A stretch of DNA of 64,000 nt, taken from Pararhodobacter sp. GTDB lineage: Bacteria > Pseudomonadota > Alphaproteobacteria > Rhodobacterales > Rhodobacteraceae. Each line of letters begins with the position of its first letter. Positions within the stretch are counted from its first letter, which is position 1. Below the pieces are notes generated by a model. It saw only the letters and a program-made list of their open reading frames with translations, was not told the DNA's origin and did not search any database. Positions 26,240 through 34,986 of the stretch are shown here, one piece after another. The position numbers and the translations under genes are program-made. The stretch is from assembly GCA_020832665.1 (NCBI GenBank), contig JAFIEG010000013.1, positions 414-64,413 on the forward strand, written 5' to 3'.

Positions 26240-27477
26240 GCCATTCCCCGGGCGCGGGCGGGGGCGAACTCGCGGCGCTCGCATTGCGGCGAATTGGCCC
26301 GGCCCCCGAAGCGCTCGCGCAGGGTCATGGCGCCAGCGGTGATGCGGAAATAGTCGTAATCCTGCGGGTTGTCGAAGGCCGAAAGATACTGGAAATGCAG
26401 CTTGTAGAAGCGCCGGCGCAGGCGTTTCCATGTCTCGGGCCTGAGCGCACGGCTGAAGGCGGCCGAGATCACCAGCGGGTTGTGCTGGCGTGCCGGCGCC
26501 GCGCCACACACCGCCACCGGGTCGCTCAGCCAGAAACAGGCGCCATCACCCCTTGCCGTGACATCCAGCCAGAACAGGCGCGCATTGGCGGCCAGGTCGT
26601 GCAGGTCGCGGCGAAAGCCTTTCGCGCGCGGCATGAAACCCTGCAACGGGATAAGCTGGCCCAGCGTCATCAGCGCCAGCGGTGGCGCTTCCCTGGGCGT
26701 GCCCATGCGCAATGCCCGGGCCAGGGCCGCAACCGCCACCGCGCAGCCCGAGGAATGTGCCACCACCAGCACCTCGTCCCAGTCCCCGGCCAGCGCCGCC
26801 CTGATCTCGGCGGCGAATTCATCGATACGCGCCTCCATGTCATCGGCCCAGGCGCCGCGATGAGCCACGCTATGGGCGAAATCCTGCAGCATGTAATGCG
26901 CCATCAGCGCCGAGTCGCGGCGCCGGAACACAACCAGCAGCGCATAGGCCACCGCCGCGCCGGCCAGCGCCCCGGCAGCATGCGCCCATAGCCCGGCCAG
27001 CGGCGACAGTACGGCCGCAAGCCCCCACCACAGCGCGCCCGCCAGCCCGATCGCCATCGCCATCTGCGCCAGCATGACCAGCGTCACATAGACCGAGGCC
27101 AGCATCGGCCCCGGCCGCAGCCGCCACAGCGCCGCCATCGCCCCGGTGGAAACGAATATCCAGTGCGTGCGCCACAACAACGCATGAATGCCCAGCGGCC
27201 CGTGGCGCATGGCCCGCAGCACGATATCATGCCACACCAGCACGCTGACATGCGCGCGGCTTTCCACCTGGCCATCGCGCAGCCAGACGCCCCAGCCATA
27301 GCCCTTCTGCCCGGCATGCGGCGGTTCGATCTCCAGCTCATAGCCCGAGATTGCCGCCTGGCGCATTCCCTCGCGCCGATACAGCTCGCGGTAGCGGCGC
27401 GGCACGGCCGGGTCGAAACCGGGCAGGTAGAATACCCGCCGTCGCCGAACCTGCCCGCTCTCGCGCCCACTTGCCAA
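26236..27477 (-). CDS. Membrane protein with C-terminal alpha/beta-hydrolase-like region (hypothetical)
   Basis: 413 aa. A central block of ~4 hydrophobic helices and a possible nucleophile elbow VVAHSSGCAV. Translationally coupled to the P450. Confidence 0.6.
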   Translation of the reverse strand: MASGRESGQVRRRRVFYLPGFDPAVPRRYRELYRREGMRQAAISGYELEIEPPHAGQKGYGWGVWLRDGQVESRAHVSVLVWHDIVLRAMRHGPLGIHALLWRTHWIFVSTGAMAALWRLRPGPMLASVYVTLVMLAQMAMAIGLAGALWWGLAAVLSPLAGLWAHAAGALAGAAVAYALLVVFRRRDSALMAHYMLQDFAHSVAHRGAWADDMEARIDEFAAEIRAALAGDWDEVLVVAHSSGCAVAVAALARALRMGTPREAPPLALMTLGQLIPLQGFMPRAKGFRRDLHDLAANARLFWLDVTARGDGACFWLSDPVAVCGAAPARQHNPLVISAAFSRALRPETWKRLRRRFYKLHFQYLSAFDNPQDYDYFRITAGAMTLRERFGGRANSPQCERREFAPARARGMA

Positions 27478-27532
27478 ATCCGTATCACCCGCCGATTGCC
27501 CGCATCACAGCCTAGGCCGGATCGCGGCGCAA

Positions 27533-27612
27533 GAAAACCGCGCAGAACGCCCTTCATCTTGCTGGCAGTGCTCCGGGGAGGATCGCCGCAGGCGATGGGG
27601 GGCAGCGCCCCC
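27533..27612 (+). repeat. Family B intergenic element
   Basis: GAAAACCGCG..CCCTTCATCTTGC..GGGGAGG-ATCGCC-GCA-GGCGAT-GGGGGGC-AGC-GCCCCC. It abuts the NUDIX stop codon (27615-27617). Confidence 0.75.
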
Positions 27613-27614
27613 TT

Positions 27615-28343
27615 TCAGTCGATCCGCCGGAAGGTGGCCTCCGGGCCCGAATTGTCGAAGAACGGCACGCTTTCGACCTGCCCGCTCTTCAGCACCGCTG
27701 CAGCCTCGGCCAGCACCACCTCGGTGACGAAGGGCAGATCGAGCCGGCGCGCCTCGGCCAGCTCGATCCAGTGCAGATGGCTCAGCTCCTCGCAGGCATG
27801 CGAGAAATCGTCGAGATCGGCCTCGATGCTGTCGGCCATGGCCAGAAAGAAGCGCGCATCGAAACGCCGCGTGCGCCCCGGCGGGGTGATGGCCCGGAAG
27901 ATGTAGCGCAGCGCTGCCGGGCCGGGGCGGCGGCCGGCCTCGGCAAAGGCGCGCCAGTCCTCGGGCAACGGGCCCTCCCAGGCGCCGGGAGTGGCCAGCA
28001 TCAGCCCGGCCTCTTCCCACAACTCACGAATCGCGGCGCAGATCATCGCCTCGGGCGGTGGCGCCGCCTCGGTCACCGGCTGGTGCAACAGCCGGCGGCG
28101 ATCAATATCGCCAAGCGGCGCGGCCAGCTTGACGCGGCTGTCATCGGGGTCAATGGCGCCGCCCGGGAAGACGAACTTGTTGGGCATGAAGGCGGCGCCT
28201 GCGCCACGCTGGCCCATCAGCACGCGCGGCGCATCGCCCTCCCCGTCGCGGATCAGCACGATCGTCGCCGCATCGCGAATCGGCATGCGGTGGCCCAGAT
28301 CGTCCGGGTCCTGGCGCGGCGAAGGCGGCGCGGATTTGCTCAT
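27615..28343 (-). CDS. NUDIX hydrolase
   Basis: ..FPGGAIDPDD.. and Nudix-box remnant ..AAIRELWEEAGL... ATGA overlap with the DUF983 gene. Confidence 0.8.
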   Translation of the reverse strand: MSKSAPPSPRQDPDDLGHRMPIRDAATIVLIRDGEGDAPRVLMGQRGAGAAFMPNKFVFPGGAIDPDDSRVKLAAPLGDIDRRRLLHQPVTEAAPPPEAMICAAIRELWEEAGLMLATPGAWEGPLPEDWRAFAEAGRRPGPAALRYIFRAITPPGRTRRFDARFFLAMADSIEADLDDFSHACEELSHLHWIELAEARRLDLPFVTEVVLAEAAAVLKSGQVESVPFFDNSGPEATFRRID

Positions 28344-28741
28344 CGGACGGGCCTGCCATCATCGAAGCCGTGCATCCGGCGCGACCATTGCAGCGCAACC
28401 ATCGCGCCCTTGAAGCGCGGCAAGAGCCACAGCGACATCGCCACCGCCACACTCCAGCACAGCGCGATCATCACCAGCGGCTCGGGCTCATAGGCCTTGT
28501 ACACCGCAAGATAGAGCGACATCACCAGCTTGCTGACCACCAGGATGGTCAGCCAGGCCGGCCCGTCATCGGCGCGGTGGTGGTGCAGCGCTTCGTTGCA
28601 GTGCGGGCAGTGATCGTGCACCCGCAGATAACGGGCCATCATCGCCCCCTCGCCGCATGAAGGGCAGCGCCGACGCCATCCCTGAAAAAGCGCCGGGCGC
28701 AGGGGGCGGTCGTCATGCATCAGGTCGCTGGAATGGGCCAT
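28340..28741 (-). CDS. DUF983-like zinc-ribbon membrane protein
   Basis: Only the last 133 codons of ORF 28340..29521 look real: MAHSSDLMHDD.., CPSCG..N17..CPHC, then two hydrophobic helices. Confidence 0.7.
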   Translation of the reverse strand: MAHSSDLMHDDRPLRPALFQGWRRRCPSCGEGAMMARYLRVHDHCPHCNEALHHHRADDGPAWLTILVVSKLVMSLYLAVYKAYEPEPLVMIALCWSVAVAMSLWLLPRFKGAMVALQWSRRMHGFDDGRPVR

Positions 28742-28988
28742 GAAAGAGTTGCCTGTATGGGATTGCCGTGTTTGGCGGCACGATAGGCGCTTGCCCGCCA
28801 AGGTCAAGGCCGGGCGGGCAGAACATCGCGGCGACGGAAAACCCGCCCGGCAGCGTGAAAGGAATACTGGCCGCGGATTTCGGGATGCCTTCTTCGATGC
28901 GCATACGGGTTTCAGGACCAGATCACGTTTCGTCCCTGCTGCCATGACGGCCTTGCAGGGAGTTGAGGCAAACCACGGAGACGATGCA

Positions 28989-29672
28989 ATGCGTATGATG
29001 CAGGTAATGACCGCGGGCGCGCTGGCGCTGGCGCTGGGCGCAGCGCCGGCAATGGCCGGAAACCGCTCCGACACCGCCCAGCCGGCGCGGATGCCGGCGA
29101 TGATGGGGGCCGATTTCGCCGATATCGATGCCGATGGCGATGGCCGGATCAGCCCTGAGGAGTGGGCCGGCTTCCTGGCCGAAGGGCGCGAGGCAATGCG
29201 CGCACGCATGATCGAGGCGCGCGTCGAAGCGCTGTTCGAGGCAGCCGATGCCGATGGCGATGGGCTGCTCAGCCGCGAGGAACTTGCCGCCGGAATGGAA
29301 GCGCTGCACGCCGAGCGCATGGCCGCGCGCGAAGCGCGCCGCGAGGCTTGGAGTGAGGCAAGGGGCACGGAGCGCGCCGACATGCGCCCGCGCGCACGCG
29401 GCGAACGTGGTGAGCGTGGCCGGGCTGGGTGGCGGCATGGCCGCATGCACGGGCGTATGGAAGGCCGGATGGGCCGCATGGGCAGCCCCGAGGAACGCGC
29501 CGAGCGCATGTTCCGGCGCATCGATGCCGATGGCGACGGCTATATCAGCCCCGAGGAGTTCACTTCGGCGCAGACACGCTGGACCGAACGCATGGAACGG
29601 CGCATGCAATGGCGCGCCGGCCGTGGCGAAGGGCGCGCACGCGATGGCGAAACCGGCAACGCCGACGATTGA
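28989..29672 (+). CDS. Secreted EF-hand calcium-binding protein with Met/His/Arg-rich GRM repeat
   Basis: Signal peptide MRMMQVMTAGALALALGAAPAMA. Three EF loops: DIDADGDGRISPEE, DADGDGLLSREE, DADGDGYISPEE. Also RHGRMHGRMEGRMGRMG. Confidence 0.75.
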   Translation: MRMMQVMTAGALALALGAAPAMAGNRSDTAQPARMPAMMGADFADIDADGDGRISPEEWAGFLAEGREAMRARMIEARVEALFEAADADGDGLLSREELAAGMEALHAERMAAREARREAWSEARGTERADMRPRARGERGERGRAGWRHGRMHGRMEGRMGRMGSPEERAERMFRRIDADGDGYISPEEFTSAQTRWTERMERRMQWRAGRGEGRARDGETGNADD

Positions 29673-29877
29673 GTTGCTTGATCGGCGGCGGCGCCTTCGC
29701 CTTGCGCCGCCGCTTGTTTCCCTGACCGCCCCTTGCCGAAGCCGGGAAATCGGCAGACCCTTGCCGCTGCGGGTTTTCGGCGATTATCCGGTAATGTCGA
29801 AAATGCAGGCAAACCCGCAGCAACGCAGCCGCAGCCGGCCCTGCCCGCTGCCCCGCCCGAAGGAGTGCCGCCAGGCA

Positions 29878-30483
29878 ATGCCTGACGCTACCCAGACCGA
29901 AGATCGCGCCGGCGGGGCTGCATCCGCCCATGCGGATGACGCGTTGATGGTGCGCTATGCTGCCGGCGATGCCGAGGCGGCACAGCTGTTGGTGTCGCGG
30001 CTGGCGCCACGGGTCCTGCGGCTGGCGCAGCGGCTGTTGCGCGATGGCGCCGAGGCCGAGGATGTCACCCAGGAGGCAATGCTGCGCCTGTGGCAGATCG
30101 CCCCGCGCTGGCAGCCAGGCCAGGCGGCGCCGGCAAGCTGGCTGCACCGGGTCGCTGTCAATCTGGCCGTTGACCGCATGCGCCGGCGCCGCGAAGGGGT
30201 TGGGATCGAGGCGATCGACGAGCCGGCCGCGCCCGGCCCGGCGCCGGCTGAAGCGATGATCGAGGCCGATCGAGCGCACGCGCTCTATCTGGCGTTGGCG
30301 CAGCTACCCGAGCGGCAACGCGCGGCGGTGGTGCTGCGCCATATCGAGGGCTATTCGAACCCCGATATTGCCGAAATACTCGGGGTCGGGGTCGAGGCGG
30401 TGGAAAGCCTGACCGCACGCGGCAAGCGCCGACTGGCAGCCTTGCTGGCGCCGCGGCGCGATGAACTGGGGTATGAGGAATGA
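29878..30483 (+). CDS. ECF (sigma-70 family group 4) RNA polymerase sigma factor
   Basis: Region 2 ..AEDVTQEAMLRLW.. and region 4 ..LPERQRAAVVLRHIEGYSNPDIAEILGVGVEAVESLTARGKRRL... Start at ATG 29878 inside ORF 29248..30483. Confidence 0.85.
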   Translation: MPDATQTEDRAGGAASAHADDALMVRYAAGDAEAAQLLVSRLAPRVLRLAQRLLRDGAEAEDVTQEAMLRLWQIAPRWQPGQAAPASWLHRVAVNLAVDRMRRRREGVGIEAIDEPAAPGPAPAEAMIEADRAHALYLALAQLPERQRAAVVLRHIEGYSNPDIAEILGVGVEAVESLTARGKRRLAALLAPRRDELGYEE

Positions 30484-30914
30484 GCAAGGACCGCATGACG
30501 CAACCACATCGCGCCGAAGGCGACGCGGCGCTCGAGCTTTACTTCGCCGCCGCCCGGGCCGAACCCGACGCCCCGCTCCCCGGCAGCCTGCAACGCCGGC
30601 TCACCGATCAGGCGCTTGCGGCGATGCCGGCAAAGACAGCGCAGGCACCAGAGACTTCGCGCCGCGCTCGCCGGAGTCGGCGCCCCGGCGCGTCGGGGTG
30701 GCGGTTGATCGCCCCTCTTGTCGGTAACCCCGGGCTGGCTGGCGTGGCGGCGGCGGCGGGGCTGGCCGGTCTGGCCATCGGCTTGTGGGTACCGGGGCTG
30801 GGAGAGGTGACAGACGGGACGCTGGCGACGCTGGGCTGGACCGGGTTGCCCTTGGCCGAGCCGGACCTGCCCTGGGGCGAAGAAAACGGGCTGTTGGCCC
30901 TGATCGACGGGTAA
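30480..30914 (+). CDS. Putative anti-sigma factor (single-pass membrane protein)
   Basis: ATGA overlap with the ECF sigma gene. One hydrophobic segment (..GLAGVAAAAGLAGLAIGLWV..). Assignment rests on position only. Confidence 0.5.
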   Translation: MSKDRMTQPHRAEGDAALELYFAAARAEPDAPLPGSLQRRLTDQALAAMPAKTAQAPETSRRARRSRRPGASGWRLIAPLVGNPGLAGVAAAAGLAGLAIGLWVPGLGEVTDGTLATLGWTGLPLAEPDLPWGEENGLLALIDG

Positions 30915-30927
30915 TGGAGGCGGGGCG

Positions 30928-31455
30928 ATGACGGATGAGCAAGGCAATCAGGGCGCCGGCCCTGAACAGCGCCCGCCGCAGAGAAAAGGGCGCGGGCTGC
31001 GGATGGCGCTGGTGGTCTCGCTGGCGCTGAACCTGCTGCTGGCGGGGTTTCTGGCGGGTGGGGCGCTGCGCGCATGGCAGGCCCCCGCGCAACCGGCGAT
31101 GGTCGAGATGCGCGCGCTCTGGCAAGTGCTGCCTGGCGAGACGCGCCAGGCGCTACGCAGCGAGTTCCGCGGCCGCGAACGGGCGGAACAGGGGATGCGC
31201 GGGCAGGTGGACACGTCGCCTTCCCTGCCTGGGCTGTTGCGCGCCGATCCCTTCGACGCAGACGCCTTCGTCGTCGCGCTGGCAAATGTGCGCGACAACC
31301 GCGCCGAGCGCGCCGAGCGAGCCGAACGGGCATTGGCGCAGCATCTGGAGGCGCTTCCGGTCACCGAGCGCGCGGCCATTGCCGAACGGCTGGAAGAGCG
31401 GCTCGAACGCCGCGCCCGGCGCGACAGGCCACGCGCGGGGCGAGACAACCGCTAA
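30928..31455 (+). CDS. Periplasmic Spy/CpxP/ZraP-like protein ('periplasmic heavy-metal sensor' family)
   Basis: N-terminal anchor ..LRMALVVSLALNLLLAGFLAG.. followed by a helical, Arg/Glu-rich region (..RAERAERAERALAQHLEALP..). Family call from memory. Confidence 0.55.
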   Translation: MTDEQGNQGAGPEQRPPQRKGRGLRMALVVSLALNLLLAGFLAGGALRAWQAPAQPAMVEMRALWQVLPGETRQALRSEFRGRERAEQGMRGQVDTSPSLPGLLRADPFDADAFVVALANVRDNRAERAERAERALAQHLEALPVTERAAIAERLEERLERRARRDRPRAGRDNR

Positions 31456-31461
31456 GCCGGC

Positions 31462-32244
31462 TCAGCCCGGCCAAAACCGACGGAATACCGGGTTGAGCGG
31501 GTCATTTCCGGCATCGGGCTGGAAGCGATAGCCCATGGCGTCGAAATGGCGCAGATCATCCGGGGCGGTCAGGCGGTGCTCGATGATGAAACGCGCCATC
31601 GCGCCGCGCGCGCGCTTGGCGTGCAAGGCCTCGACGCGCGGAGGCGTGCCCACGCGCTCCTCCTCGAAGCGCGGGTTGATGACCGGCAAGCCCAGCACCC
31701 GGCGGTGCCGCTCCACCACCGCGAAGTATTCGACCGAGGCGCAATTGACCAGCGCCCGCGCGCCGGTCGCCGCCGCATCCTCGGCCAGGGCGCGGGCGAT
31801 GCGTGCGCCCCACCAGTCGTAAAGCCGCGCCCCGCGCGGATTGGCCAGATGGGCGCCCATCTCCAGCCGATGGGGCAAGATGGCATCCTCGGGTGCGAGC
31901 AGCCCGTAAAGCCCCGACAGGATCCGCAGATGGCGCGATGCACAGTCGCGCATTTCGGGCTCGAAAGAGGCATAGTGCAGCCCCGTATAGGTGTCGCCGG
32001 CAAAGCCCAGCGCGGCTGGGCGGGTGGCACCGAGGGCGAGTTCATCGCGCCAGTCGCGAAAGAAGCCATGCGTCCGCGCGGCCAGCGCCGGACTCAGCCG
32101 CATGAGCCGGGCAAGATCGCCCGGCGAGAGCCGGCGCACGATGGCGGCCAGCCGCGCGGCATCGGCCTGAAAGCGCGGCCTTGTGCCCCCTGGCCCCGGC
32201 ACAAGCCAGTTCAGCCGCTTGGCGGGAGAGATCACCACCAGCAT
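31462..32244 (-). CDS. yaaA: Peroxide stress protein YaaA (UPF0246)
   Basis: MLVVISPAKRLN.. N-terminus and overall length (260 aa) are typical of YaaA. Confidence 0.85.
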   Translation of the reverse strand: MLVVISPAKRLNWLVPGPGGTRPRFQADAARLAAIVRRLSPGDLARLMRLSPALAARTHGFFRDWRDELALGATRPAALGFAGDTYTGLHYASFEPEMRDCASRHLRILSGLYGLLAPEDAILPHRLEMGAHLANPRGARLYDWWGARIARALAEDAAATGARALVNCASVEYFAVVERHRRVLGLPVINPRFEEERVGTPPRVEALHAKRARGAMARFIIEHRLTAPDDLRHFDAMGYRFQPDAGNDPLNPVFRRFWPG

Positions 32245-32429
32245 GAAGCGCGCCCCTGGTTGTTGCGACCGGCAACCGGGATAGGGCGCCGCGCCGGGCC
32301 GGGCAAGGCGCTTTCACCGCCTTCCCCCCGATCTTGCGGTTGCCCTTTTTCGCCGCTGGCCTTACCTGTGAAAGCAGCCCGCGCCCGGCCCGAGCCGGCG
32401 CCCGACATTGCGGCATTCGAGGAGGCCCC

Positions 32430-32717
32430 ATGCTTTCGCTTCTGCAGATTCTGTATCTGATCATCGATGTGATGTGGTTTCTCGTCATCGTGCATGTGGT
32501 GCTGAGCTGGCTGATCAATTTTCAGGTGCTCAACCTGAACCAACCGCTGGTCGGACAGATATGGGACGGGCTGAACCGGATTCTCGAGCCGATCTACAGC
32601 CGCATCCGCGCCTTCCTGCCCGATATGGGCGGCATCGATCTTTCGCCGCTGGTGCTGCTGGTCGGGCTTTATGCCATCCGCATCATCATCCAGAACAACA
32701 TCCAGGCGCTGATCTGA
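32430..32717 (+). CDS. yggT: YggT-family membrane protein
   Basis: 95 aa from ATG 32430, preceded by GGAGG (32421-32425). ..VHVVLSWL..F......P.. pattern, two hydrophobic helices. Confidence 0.75.
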   Translation: MLSLLQILYLIIDVMWFLVIVHVVLSWLINFQVLNLNQPLVGQIWDGLNRILEPIYSRIRAFLPDMGGIDLSPLVLLVGLYAIRIIIQNNIQALI

Positions 32718-32727
32718 TCGCCAGACC

Positions 32728-34776
32728 GTGAATCCAGACCCCTCCACAGTGCTGACCCGTGTCTTTGGCTTTTCGGCCTTTCGCCCGGGTCAGGAAGAGA
32801 TTGCGCGCGCCGTCATCGACGGGCGTGACGTGCTTGCGATCATGCCCACGGGTGGCGGCAAGTCGCTGTGCTACCAGTTGCCAGCGCTGTGCCGGCAGGG
32901 GCTGACGGTGGTGATCTCGCCGCTGATCGCGCTGATGCGCGAGCAGGTGCGCGCGCTGCAGGAGGCCGGGGTGGCGGCGGCCTCGATCACCTCGGGCAAC
33001 AGCGAGGAGGAAAACGCCGCCGTGCGCACGGCGATGGATGAGGGGCGGCTGAAGCTGCTTTACATCGCGCCCGAGAGGCTGGCATCGGCCGCCACCGCCG
33101 CCATGCTCAGGCGCGCCGATTGCGGGCTGATCGCGGTGGACGAGGCGCATTGCGTCAGCCAGTGGGGGCATGATTTCCGCCCCGATTACCTGCGCATCGG
33201 CGAGTTGCGCCGTGCGCTGGGCGTGCCGCTTGCCGCCTTTACCGCCACCGCCGATGCCGACACCCGCGCCGAGATTGTCGAGCGGCTCTTTGCCGGGCAG
33301 GCGCCCGAGACCTTCCTGCGCGGCTTCGACCGGCCCAATATCCGCCTGGCCTTTGCCGTCAAGAACAGCCCGCGCCGCCAGTTGCTCGAATTCGCCGATC
33401 GCCGCCGGGGCCGCGCCGGCATCGTCTATTGCGCCACGCGCGCGCGCACCGAAACGCTGGCGCGCGCGCTGGAAGAGGCCGGGCACAACGCGCGCGCCTA
33501 TCATGGCGGCATGGAGGACTGGGAGCGGCGCAAGGTCGAGGCGATGTTCCAGCACGAGGAGGGGCTGATCGTCTGCGCCACCGTGGCCTTCGGCATGGGG
33601 GTGGACAAGCCCGATGTGCGCTGGGTGATGCAGGCCGACCTGCCGAAATCGATCGAGGCCTATTACCAGGAGATTGGCCGCGCCGGTCGCGACGGGCTGC
33701 CCGCCGAGACGCTGACGCTTTACGGCGCCGACGATATCCGCCTGCGCCGCGCCCAGATTGACGAAAGCCCGGCCCCGCCCGAGCGCCGCGGCGCCGATCA
33801 CGCGCGGCTGAACGCGCTGCTGGGCCTGGCCGAGGCGGCGGGGTGCCGGCGGCAGATGCTGCTGGCCTATTTCGGCGAGGTCTCAGAGCCCTGCGGCAAT
33901 TGCGACATGTGCGCCAGCCCGGCGCGGCTTTTCGATGCCACCGAGGCGGTGCGCAAGGCGCTTTCCGCGGCGCGGCGTACGGGCGAATGGTTCGGCGCAG
34001 GGCATCTGATCGACATCTTGACCGGCAACGCCACCGAGAAGGTGCGTGCGCGCGGGCATGACCAGTTGCCCACCTTCGGCGTCGGGCGCGAATTCTCCAA
34101 GGCCCGCTGGCAGGGGCTCTTTCGCCAGATCATGGGGCGCGACCTGCTGCGCCCCGACCCGGAGCGCCACGGCGCGCTGCGCATGACCGAGGCCGCCGTG
34201 CCGGTGCTGCGCGGCGAGGAAAGCGTGCATTTGCGCGAGGACACGCTGCGCACCGCCCCCGCCCGGGCCGAGCCCAGGGCGCTGGTTTCCGACGAGGACG
34301 CGCCGCTTCTGGCCGCGCTCAAGGCGCATCGCAAGGCACTGGCCGAGGCGGCGCGCGTGCCGCCCTATATCATCTTCAACGACCGCTCGCTGATCGAGAT
34401 GGCCGAGAAGCGCCCGGCCTCGCTGGACGAATTCGCCTGCATCGGCGGGGTGGGGGCCAGCAAGCTTGAGCGCTACGGGGCGTCTTTCCTGAAGGTGATC
34501 AACGGCGAGGAACCCCAGCCAGAACACCCGGCGCGCCGCAAGTTGGCCGGGGCGGAGGCGGGCAATCTCTATGACCGGCTGTTCGAGGCAGAGCGCCGGC
34601 TGGAGCGCGGCGCCTGCGGCACGCTCAGGCCGATGGCGCTGAGTGCGGCGCAGCGCGCGCGTCTGGCAAAGGCGCGGCCCGAGGATATCGAGGGCGTGGC
34701 GCGGCTGATCGGCGAGCGTGCCACTGAGCGTTTCGGGCTGGCCTTTCTCGAGGTGATCTCGGCCGGCGAGGGCTGA
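32728..34776 (+). CDS. recQ: ATP-dependent DNA helicase RecQ
   Basis: ..FGFSAFRPGQEE.., MPTGGGKSLCYQLPA, DEAHCVSQWGHDFRP, Zn-binding CGNCDMC, HRDC region. An extra ~90-aa C-terminal segment follows. Confidence 0.9.
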   Translation: MNPDPSTVLTRVFGFSAFRPGQEEIARAVIDGRDVLAIMPTGGGKSLCYQLPALCRQGLTVVISPLIALMREQVRALQEAGVAAASITSGNSEEENAAVRTAMDEGRLKLLYIAPERLASAATAAMLRRADCGLIAVDEAHCVSQWGHDFRPDYLRIGELRRALGVPLAAFTATADADTRAEIVERLFAGQAPETFLRGFDRPNIRLAFAVKNSPRRQLLEFADRRRGRAGIVYCATRARTETLARALEEAGHNARAYHGGMEDWERRKVEAMFQHEEGLIVCATVAFGMGVDKPDVRWVMQADLPKSIEAYYQEIGRAGRDGLPAETLTLYGADDIRLRRAQIDESPAPPERRGADHARLNALLGLAEAAGCRRQMLLAYFGEVSEPCGNCDMCASPARLFDATEAVRKALSAARRTGEWFGAGHLIDILTGNATEKVRARGHDQLPTFGVGREFSKARWQGLFRQIMGRDLLRPDPERHGALRMTEAAVPVLRGEESVHLREDTLRTAPARAEPRALVSDEDAPLLAALKAHRKALAEAARVPPYIIFNDRSLIEMAEKRPASLDEFACIGGVGASKLERYGASFLKVINGEEPQPEHPARRKLAGAEAGNLYDRLFEAERRLERGACGTLRPMALSAAQRARLAKARPEDIEGVARLIGERATERFGLAFLEVISAGEG

Positions 34777-34780
34777 GCCT

Positions 34781-34839
34781 GGGCGAGAGCGCCCGAGCCG
34801 GGAGCGCGAGAAGTGCCCAGTTCAGCCGCGCTCTCGCCC
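34781..34839. other. 12-bp perfect inverted repeat (GGGCGAGAGCGC N35 GCGCTCTCGCCC) between convergent recQ and the soluble receptor gene
   Basis: Arms at 34781-34792 and 34828-34839. Possible bidirectional terminator. Confidence 0.3.
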
Positions 34840-34986
34840 ATCCACCCGGCACGGCTGAGCTGGGCGCAGGCCGGCAAGGTGGGCCGGGGATGTGTGCAAT
34901 CGCCCATCCTGCGGGGTGCTGCAATGGCTGGTGCTGGGGCGGGCACAAGAAGCCGGGGTATCGGAGCCGAACAGACGGATCGGGTG

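Noticed and set aside
28742-29521. The upstream 260 codons of ORF 28340..29521(-).
   Set aside because: They are Ser/Ala/Arg/Pro-rich nonsense antisense to the EF-hand gene. Only the terminal DUF983-like 133 codons are credible.
32728-34776. RecQ helicase, considered as a possible defence-system component.
   Set aside because: It is a full-length housekeeping-type RecQ (helicase, RQC Zn-finger, HRDC) flanked by yggT and yaaA. No nuclease, methylase or other defence partners are nearby.
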